64,000 bases of DNA from a bacterium (lineage in GTDB: Bacteria > UBA10199 > 2-02-FULL-44-16 > JAAZCA01), in contig CAXXGI010000003.1 of assembly GCA_963674695.2 (NCBI GenBank), positions 320,001-384,000 of the forward strand, read 5' to 3'. A model generated the notes under the pieces. That model saw only the letters and a program-made list of their open reading frames with translations. It was not told the origin of the DNA and did not search any database. A program made the translations under genes and the position numbers. Of this stretch, positions 57,366 to 64,000 are shown piece after piece; the stretch's first letter is position 1; every line of letters begins with the position of its first letter.

Positions 57366-59288
57366 ATGCGGAAAAATCTCAGCACCTATGAGCGTCATAT
57401 CCTTCGGGCCTTCGCCGAAGTGCTCATTCCGCTCGACGCTGCGGCGCCCGAGATGGATCCGCTCATCGTTCGCGTCGAGGATCAGCTGCGGTATTTTGCG
57501 CCGGAGACACGGATCGCCTGGCGCATCTGCCTCATCGCGTTCGACCTGCTCGCCTTTACCTACTACGGAAAATGCAAGCGACTGACGAAGATGGATCGGG
57601 AATTGCGCACCCGCTATGTAGCGGCGTGGCACCACACCTGGTGGTCGGTCAAGAGGCTGCTCAAGCGCTTCCTCGAGACGATCATCTTCATGAACTACTA
57701 TGCGCTGCCCGAGGTGGAAAAACGCATCGGCTATACGCCGACGTTTCAGCCCGCAGGCAGCACGCGGGATTTTCCCTCCCGCAATCTCGTGCGCGAGAGC
57801 CCGGATAAGGATGTCGTCGATGAGGTCGACGTCTGTGTCATCGGCTCCGGCGCGGGCGGGAGTTTTGCCGCAATGGCTCTGGCCCAGCAGGGGCACTCCG
57901 TCGCCATCGTGGAGGAGGGTGACTTCTTCGACGATACTGCATTCGGCGAGGACGTCATATCGATGACGAAGAAGCTCTATCGCGATGGGGGGTTGGTCAA
58001 TTCCTACGGATGGCCGGCCATTCTCCTCCCCGTGGGCAAATGCGTCGGGGGCACGACCGTCATCAATTCCGGCACCTGCTTTCGCACGCCGCCGACGGTC
58101 TTCGCTTGGTGGGTCAATCGTTTTGGGCTCTCTCCCTGGCAGGCCGACCGGATGGCCCCCTATTTCGATCGCGTGGAGGAGCTGTTGCAGGTCGCGCCGG
58201 CAGAATCGCGAGCCGAAGCGCCCTCCGGACGCATCTTCGCGGGCGGAGCGGACAAGCTCGGCATCGAGGTCAAGCCCCTCATGCGCAACGCCCCGGGCTG
58301 TTGTGGCAGCGGGGTCTGTTGTTGGGGCTGCCCGACGGGCGCGAAGAAATCGGTCCAGACAAACGCCATTCCGCTCGCACTGCAGGCCGGCGCTCGGCTC
58401 TATGCTCAATGTCGCGTGCGGCGCATCCTCTTTACGCGACGGCATGCGACCGAGGTGGTCGGCTACTTCGCCGACCCGGTCACCGGAAAGCGCGGGGCGC
58501 GCATTCGGATCAAAGCGCGCACGGTGATCGTCGCCGCGGGCACGCTCTTCACGCCGGGGTTGTTGGCCCGTTCGCGCATCCCCGATCCGAGCGGCCAGCG
58601 TGGGCGCAACCTCACGCTGCATCCGGCCACGAAATGCTTTGCCCTGATGGAGGATGAGGTCCGTGGCTGGAAGGGGATTCCGCAGGGACACTATGCCGAC
58701 GCGTTGGCCGAAGAGGGGATCAAGCTCGAAGGGATCTTCCTCCCGCCGGCGTTTGCCGCCTCGACCATACTCGCCACGGGTACCGAGCATCGCGAGATCA
58801 TGGACGCCTATAATCACCTCGCGATCTTCGGCATGATGGTCTCCGACACGAGCCGTGGGCGCGTGGTCTCCGGCCTCGGCGGGCGGCCGCTCATCTTCTA
58901 CAACATCAACGGGGAGGACCTGCCGAAATATCAGCGGGGCCTGACCATCCTGGCCGAGGCCTTCTTCGAGGCCGGGGCAAAGAAGGTCTTTCCGAGCATC
59001 CACACGCTCCCGGTCGTGACGCGCGAGCAGGGGGCCGGCGCCATCGCCAAGCTCCATCTGCGCAACAAGGACCTCGATCTCCAGGCCTTCCATCCCCTGG
59101 GGACCTGCCGAATGGGGGCCGATCCGAGGGAAGCGGTGCTCGATCCGTACGCACGCGTCTATGGCATGGACAACCTCTTCGTCGCCGACGGCTCGATCTT
59201 CCCGACTTCCTTGGGCGTCAATCCGCAGGTCACCATCATGGCCGCGGCCCTTCGGATCGCTGATCATATCCATCGAGAATATCTGTAG
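57366..59288 (+). CDS. GMC family oxidoreductase
   Basis: VIGSGAGG, VGGTTVINSG, CCGSGVCCWGCP, FHPLGTCRMG, DGSIFPTSLGVNPQVTI. Confidence 0.92.
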   Translation: MRKNLSTYERHILRAFAEVLIPLDAAAPEMDPLIVRVEDQLRYFAPETRIAWRICLIAFDLLAFTYYGKCKRLTKMDRELRTRYVAAWHHTWWSVKRLLKRFLETIIFMNYYALPEVEKRIGYTPTFQPAGSTRDFPSRNLVRESPDKDVVDEVDVCVIGSGAGGSFAAMALAQQGHSVAIVEEGDFFDDTAFGEDVISMTKKLYRDGGLVNSYGWPAILLPVGKCVGGTTVINSGTCFRTPPTVFAWWVNRFGLSPWQADRMAPYFDRVEELLQVAPAESRAEAPSGRIFAGGADKLGIEVKPLMRNAPGCCGSGVCCWGCPTGAKKSVQTNAIPLALQAGARLYAQCRVRRILFTRRHATEVVGYFADPVTGKRGARIRIKARTVIVAAGTLFTPGLLARSRIPDPSGQRGRNLTLHPATKCFALMEDEVRGWKGIPQGHYADALAEEGIKLEGIFLPPAFAASTILATGTEHREIMDAYNHLAIFGMMVSDTSRGRVVSGLGGRPLIFYNINGEDLPKYQRGLTILAEAFFEAGAKKVFPSIHTLPVVTREQGAGAIAKLHLRNKDLDLQAFHPLGTCRMGADPREAVLDPYARVYGMDNLFVADGSIFPTSLGVNPQVTIMAAALRIADHIHREYL

Positions 59289-59360
59289 TTACGAGCTTAC
59301 CTGAGAGAAATCGATTTAAGTTAAGCATGATGACAACATGCGGTCCTGCGGCCCATCGGT

Positions 59361-59444
59361 TCCCTCCCCTTTGTAAGGGGAGGGTTAGGGTGGGGTAGAG
59401 GCCGTGATCTACCTCCCCCGCCCCCTCCTTACAAAGGAGGGGAG
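59361..59444. repeat. Palindromic intergenic element (CCCTCCCCT...AGGGGAGGG type)
   Basis: Two inverted GC-rich hairpin units. Confidence 0.65.
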
Positions 59445-59496
59445 CTTTCTGCCTGCACAATTGACACCGCGGTGTGGGCATGCCTAAACCCTCCGC

Positions 59497-60036
59497 ATGG
59501 AAACGCTTATCCGTCAGGTCATCGAGAAGTTGGGTGAGGATCCGAACCGCGAGGGACTCCTGCGCACGCCCGAGCGCGTCCGCGAGTCCTGGGGGTTCTT
59601 GACCGAGGGCTATGCCCAGGATCCCAAGGCGCTCATCGAAAACTCCGTCTATTCCGATAGCTGTGAGGAGATGGTGCTCGTCCGCGATATCCCGCTCTAT
59701 AGCCTCTGCGAGCATCACCTGTTGCCCTTTTTCGGCTCCGCGCATGTGGGCTATATTCCGAACGGAAAGATCGTCGGGATCTCCAAGATCGCCCGGATGG
59801 TCGACCTCTTCGCGCGCCGGTTTCAGGTGCAGGAGCGGTTGACCCAGCAGATTGCCGAGACGCTCATGGAGGTCCTCAAACCCAAGGGGGTGGGGGTGGT
59901 GCTGCAGGCCCGTCATCTCTGCATGGAGATGCGCGGCGCGCAGAAGCGTGGCACCTCGATCATCACCTCCTCCATGCTCGGCGCCTTCCGCAAACGCCCG
60001 GAGACGCGCGCGGAGTTCATGCAGCTGATCGCGTGA
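59497..60036 (+). CDS. folE: GTP cyclohydrolase I
   Basis: [50 protein letters not shown]. Confidence 0.97.
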   Translation: METLIRQVIEKLGEDPNREGLLRTPERVRESWGFLTEGYAQDPKALIENSVYSDSCEEMVLVRDIPLYSLCEHHLLPFFGSAHVGYIPNGKIVGISKIARMVDLFARRFQVQERLTQQIAETLMEVLKPKGVGVVLQARHLCMEMRGAQKRGTSIITSSMLGAFRKRPETRAEFMQLIA

Positions 60037-60047
60037 TGCACCCGCCT

Positions 60048-60139
60048 TGTCATCCCCGAATGGGGTCATCGGGGATCCAGTCTGGAAAATACGAAAATTG
60101 CTTTGTCTGGATTCCCGCTAGAATCACGCGGGAATGACA
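60048..60139. repeat. REP-like doublet (TGTCATCCCCG...GCGGGAATGACA)
   Basis: Inverted pair between convergent folE and arsC. Confidence 0.72.
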
Positions 60140-60150
60140 TGCGGCATGTG

Positions 60151-60567
60151 TCAGTTCTGCAGCTGCATGACCAGCGTATGGACGTTCTGCTCGATCAGGT
60201 CGCAGATCTCCTGAAAGACCGCCAGGATATCCTCTTCGCTCCCCTGGGCATGCGCGGGGTCGGGCAGATGCCAGTGCAGCGTGAGCGTTGACGCGGGAAA
60301 GGCGGGGCATATTTCGCTGGCTTCATCGCAGAGGGTGACCACGACGTCCGGGATGATCTCGCCCAACTCGCCGATCGTCTTGGAGTGGTGCTGCGTGATG
60401 TCGATGCCATGGGCGGCCATGACCTCGATGGCGGTCTCGTTCAGGCCGTGCGCTTCGACGCCGGCGCTCATCACGCGCCACTCGGGCGGCAACGTCGCGC
60501 GCGCAAACCCCTCGGCCATCTGGGATCGACAGGCATTTCCGGTGCAGAGAAAGAGGATGGTTTTCAT
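60151..60567 (-). CDS. arsC: Arsenate reductase ArsC (LMW-PTP fold, thioredoxin type)
   Basis: LFLCTGNACRSQMAEG, SAG, VTLCDEASEICP, HWHLPDP. Confidence 0.88.
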   Translation of the reverse strand: MKTILFLCTGNACRSQMAEGFARATLPPEWRVMSAGVEAHGLNETAIEVMAAHGIDITQHHSKTIGELGEIIPDVVVTLCDEASEICPAFPASTLTLHWHLPDPAHAQGSEEDILAVFQEICDLIEQNVHTLVMQLQN

Positions 60568-60602
60568 AGGAGCCCGTTCGGTGATGTGACCGGCGGCAGG
60601 AA

Positions 60603-63600
60603 TCATTGCATCCGGCTGCTGATCAGATGACTTCCGCCGCGCAGTATAGCATCGTCTGCGGGAACTTCAACCGAATCTTCCTGCGGGATCGGGGCTTTTT
60701 GAGCCGGATCGTGGTAGTAGATGCCCAGGTCCAGGACCGGGACCTGGATGAATCCGTCCCGGCGCTCGTCATGTTGAAGCGGGGCGTAGAAATCGACGTT
60801 GAAGCTGCGATCGGAAAGACGCGTGATGACGATGCCGTCCAGGCGCAGCCCCGCTGCCGCCTCCAGGTCGCCGCCGCTGGGACCGGAGAAATAGGTGTTG
60901 TCGATCTTTTCCTCGGTGATGAGCTTCTCCTTCGGGACGCCGTGCATCATCTGGTCGATGCGGATTTGCTTCGCGATGTCGCTCATCTCCTTGCCCTTGG
61001 CCAAGGAGTGAAAGTGGAACCCGGCAAGGCCGTTGCGATAGTGCTTCGTCTCGTTGAGGATGTAGGCCCCGTCGCCCTTGCTCTCCTTCGGCGCGATCTC
61101 TTCAAATTGCATGCGCAGGACCCCGCCGTGTTCGGAGCGGGGGTCGCGCACGTCGGCCTCCAGCATGCGCCCGATCTGATGCCTCACCTGCGGACGGCGC
61201 ATCATCGTGAGCGCCATGAAGATCTTCGCCAGATCGACCGATGAGAACTTTTCCAGGGCCGCCATCTGATTCGTCTCGTAGTGGTTCTTTCCGAGCAATC
61301 GTCCCTGCGGGGTTTGAGCGGTGATGAGCGAGCGCACCTTCTCCTCGAGTTCGTCCCGGCCGCCTTCGATCAATCGCCCGAGTTCCGGGTAGAGTTTGTG
61401 GGAGGCCAGTTTCCACTCGTGCCGGAGAAACCAGTGGTCGGAGAGTTCGTAGGTATAGCGCAGATCCTTGTCGTCGATCCATGGATTTCCCCGGTCGCGA
61501 CGTTGTCCCCATACGACGACCTCCATGTCATCCGTCTCCACATCGGTGTTTCCCTTCCCCCAGATGAAATCCTCGTAGTGGTCCAGGAAAAGAAAAGGGT
61601 GCACGTGGGGCAGGCGCGAATCGGCTTTATAACGCTGAAACGTTCGGACGAGCGATTCCACCTCGCGCGGTTTGTCCGCGAGACGGCGGATCTGCGCGAA
61701 TCGCTCGGCGTTCGGCTCCGAGATCGTCTTTCCGAGGAGGTTGTTGATGATGATGCCACTCCCGCGATAGCGTTTCAGAAAGGCGCGCTCTCGCTCGAAG
61801 GGCATCACGGTGCGAAGCGCGGTGAAAAGCGAGGAGTAGGACCATGGCCTCATGTATTCGGGGACGATCCCCTCCTCAAACGTCATGTCGTGGAAGGCCA
61901 GGCGCTCTTCGGCGGGGAGCTTCGTCCAAAGGGGGAGCAGGGTGTCGGCGATGCGGCCCGTCGTGCGTCCGCCGGACTGCCCGATATCGATGGGGAGCAG
62001 ATCCCCGATGCGTTCCTGGATCTCCTTTGTGCCGAGAGCCACATTGTTCCAGAGGAAAAAACCCGCCATCTTCCAGAACTGTTTGCGTTCGTCGCCATCC
62101 GCGAGCTGCCGATAGAGCGGGGCGAAGCGTTCGTAATCGATGAGGATGGGTGTGGCGCCGAGCACCGCGCGTCCCTCGCGACAGATGGTTTCGAAGGCCG
62201 CCTTTTTCTCCGGCGTGGCGAATAGGGACAGGATCGAGGTGAACTCGTCGATGTTGATTTCGCGCCAGTCGATGCCGTTTGCGCTCAGTTCACGGCGAAT
62301 GTCGTCCAGGCGTTCCTTCGAAATGGTGCGGAGCATCTTCTCATAGGCGGCCAGCCGCAGGGCGAGCGGGTGGGTCCGTTCGTCGTCAAGCTCGGCCAGT
62401 TTTTGTAGCATCCAGACCGGATCGTGCCGGAGTTCGGGATAGGCATGGAGCAGCTTGCCGAAGGTGGAGCCGGCGAGGACCCGGCGTCGCCGATCCGGCG
62501 GGATGGCGAGAAACCGGTGTTTTGAGTTCAGAGGGGAGGACAAGTGGTTGTTCCAATTCAATCCGCTCGTCTCTTCAAACCGGGCGATGTCTCCTCGCGT
62601 ATGGCCTTCGTCCCAGGTGGCGAGGAGCCCGTCATCGACGAGCAGGCGGGCGAGGTGCCCGATGTCGTTGGGACCGCAGAGCGCGAGCTGTTTGACCTGT
62701 CGCTCCGGCGGGATGGATGCGTCGGCGGCATCGTCCATTCCTTCCTCCGTGAGGAGAAGAAGGACCGAGGCGATCGTCTTGGCGATGGCCCCCATATGCT
62801 CCAGGTCGAGCGCGTCTGTCGGTTTGCCCTCCTTCAGCCGTTCCTGAATGCGATCCTTCATCGCCTTGATCAGGCGGATGTTATATTTGGTGGGCACATG
62901 GCGTTCAAAGTCGGCGACCGTCTTCTCCAGGAGGAAGAAGGCCTTCGGGCTCGCCTCGTAGAGCTGCATCATGAATCGACGCGTGTCGCGGTCGGTGTAG
63001 AGCAGCGGTGGGATTCCCCGGGCCCTGGAGGGCTCGCTCATTCTGATCGTATGTTTGACGTGGAGCGCCGGTTCGGGGAAGGCGATCCCCACTCGCTCGC
63101 GGCTCTCCGTCTTCGGATTGTGCCACTGTTCATGGACGCTGTAATTGCACTGCGAGGATTTTGGGATGAGATAGTCCGGGTCGGAATCGAAGCGTCGAAC
63201 CCACACGGCGAACGCCTCGAGCGGTTCGCCGTCTTTCTCCATCTTGCGCAGGAGGGCGACCGTCTCCAGGACGCTCGGCTTTTCGCTCAGACCAAAGAGC
63301 GGGATGATGCGCTCGGCCGATCGGAGGAAGTCGTTCATCTCATCCTGCAGGGGGATGAGCTTCGAGAGGGTGAGCGCCTCTCCGACGACATCCTCATACA
63401 CATTCATCTGACGTTCATGGACTTCATGCTCCTCAAAACATAAGTTCTCAGCGACGCGCACGGAGAAGGATTTGCCCCAGCCACGCCCCTCCATCCATTG
63501 CAGGAGGCGATCGAAGGCGATGCGGCGCTTGTCCGGGCCGCGGGCGAGTTCGAGGATGTTCTCTATGCGGTAGTGCGGAAGACCCCATTTTTTATCGAGG

Positions 63601-64000
63601 TTCTCGACGAGCCCCTTGAAGCGTGCGCGTGTCTCCTCGGGTGCTCGTGCGATTTGAAAGAATGTTCCGAGATGATAATCGTTTTTGAGCCAGAGGTTGA
63701 GGTTATCGCTCCAGTGAAAGCCGTCGAGCCATGCGACGACATCGACGAAGGCGTCGATCTGCTCATCGGATTCCTTCGCAAAGGTGAGATAGGCGTTGCG
63801 CGTGTTGAGTGTGACTTCAAAATCGGGGACGATCTTACGCAGCGAACGGACCATTCGCGCGTACTTGCGAAACATCCCTGGGTTTTCCTCATTGAGATGA
63901 TACGCGGCGATGTAGGCGCTGACGTTGTCGAGCTGGAATTCCTGCTCCATCCAACCGAGGTAGTCCGAGAGGAACGCGACCGCATCCTGGCCCAGGTCGT
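60603..64000 (-). CDS. Large hypothetical helical-repeat protein with C-terminal JAB/MPN-like motif (5' end outside the window)
   Basis: The frame stays open to the window edge (DLGQDAVAFLSDYLGW before Met 63950); C-terminal SEHGG...FHFH...GPSGGD. Confidence 0.75.
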   Translation of the reverse strand, partial: DLGQDAVAFLSDYLGWMEQEFQLDNVSAYIAAYHLNEENPGMFRKYARMVRSLRKIVPDFEVTLNTRNAYLTFAKESDEQIDAFVDVVAWLDGFHWSDNLNLWLKNDYHLGTFFQIARAPEETRARFKGLVENLDKKWGLPHYRIENILELARGPDKRRIAFDRLLQWMEGRGWGKSFSVRVAENLCFEEHEVHERQMNVYEDVVGEALTLSKLIPLQDEMNDFLRSAERIIPLFGLSEKPSVLETVALLRKMEKDGEPLEAFAVWVRRFDSDPDYLIPKSSQCNYSVHEQWHNPKTESRERVGIAFPEPALHVKHTIRMSEPSRARGIPPLLYTDRDTRRFMMQLYEASPKAFFLLEKTVADFERHVPTKYNIRLIKAMKDRIQERLKEGKPTDALDLEHMGAIAKTIASVLLLLTEEGMDDAADASIPPERQVKQLALCGPNDIGHLARLLVDDGLLATWDEGHTRGDIARFEETSGLNWNNHLSSPLNSKHRFLAIPPDRRRRVLAGSTFGKLLHAYPELRHDPVWMLQKLAELDDERTHPLALRLAAYEKMLRTISKERLDDIRRELSANGIDWREINIDEFTSILSLFATPEKKAAFETICREGRAVLGATPILIDYERFAPLYRQLADGDERKQFWKMAGFFLWNNVALGTKEIQERIGDLLPIDIGQSGGRTTGRIADTLLPLWTKLPAEERLAFHDMTFEEGIVPEYMRPWSYSSLFTALRTVMPFERERAFLKRYRGSGIIINNLLGKTISEPNAERFAQIRRLADKPREVESLVRTFQRYKADSRLPHVHPFLFLDHYEDFIWGKGNTDVETDDMEVVVWGQRRDRGNPWIDDKDLRYTYELSDHWFLRHEWKLASHKLYPELGRLIEGGRDELEEKVRSLITAQTPQGRLLGKNHYETNQMAALEKFSSVDLAKIFMALTMMRRPQVRHQIGRMLEADVRDPRSEHGGVLRMQFEEIAPKESKGDGAYILNETKHYRNGLAGFHFHSLAKGKEMSDIAKQIRIDQMMHGVPKEKLITEEKIDNTYFSGPSGGDLEAAAGLRLDGIVITRLSDRSFNVDFYAPLQHDERRDGFIQVPVLDLGIYYHDPAQKAPIPQEDSVEVPADDAILRGGSHLISSRMQ

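Noticed and set aside
60151-60567. Arsenic-resistance or arsenosugar operon
   Set aside because: arsC is solitary, with no arsR/acr3/arsM nearby, and the glycosyltransferase fusion is more than 50 kb away

Overview
GC-rich (~60%) bacterial chromosomal segment. It is probably from a deltaproteobacterial-type lineage (Myxococcota/Bdellovibrionota-like), inferred from a MYXO-CTERM sorting tail, a TraB-like OmpA/TSP3 protein and the merR-tRNA-Pro arrangement. The housekeeping backbone is cysE, mnmA, mtaB, rnc, azoR, pyk, asnA, era, der, yfgM-bamB-like, guaB-guaA, dnaE, hflX, lipB, dsbD, folE, arsC, tRNA-Pro(GGG) and tRNA-Met(CAT). Single orphan genes repeatedly interrupt this backbone. The most striking pattern is that about 10 of these orphans share a sigma28/FliA-like promoter (mostly GCAAC-N14-GCCGATAA-like) that I did not see in front of the housekeeping genes. 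They include a DUF1460 peptidoglycan amidase, a thermolysin-like protease with reversed domain order, a paralog pair with a conserved C-terminal motif, acidic-tailed lipoproteins and a Lys/Cys-rich repeat protein. This suggests a dispersed, stage-specific regulon, possibly for predation or effector delivery. Other notable items are an orphan carrying only a sigma region-4 domain, a large helical-repeat protein ending in a JAB/MPN-like motif, 7/8-mer tandem arrays abutting start codons, a REP-like palindrome family, two toxin-antitoxin-like pairs and a diadenylate cyclase. No CRISPR array, rRNA, integrase or transposase was seen. All assignments come from reading motifs by eye; no database searches were run.
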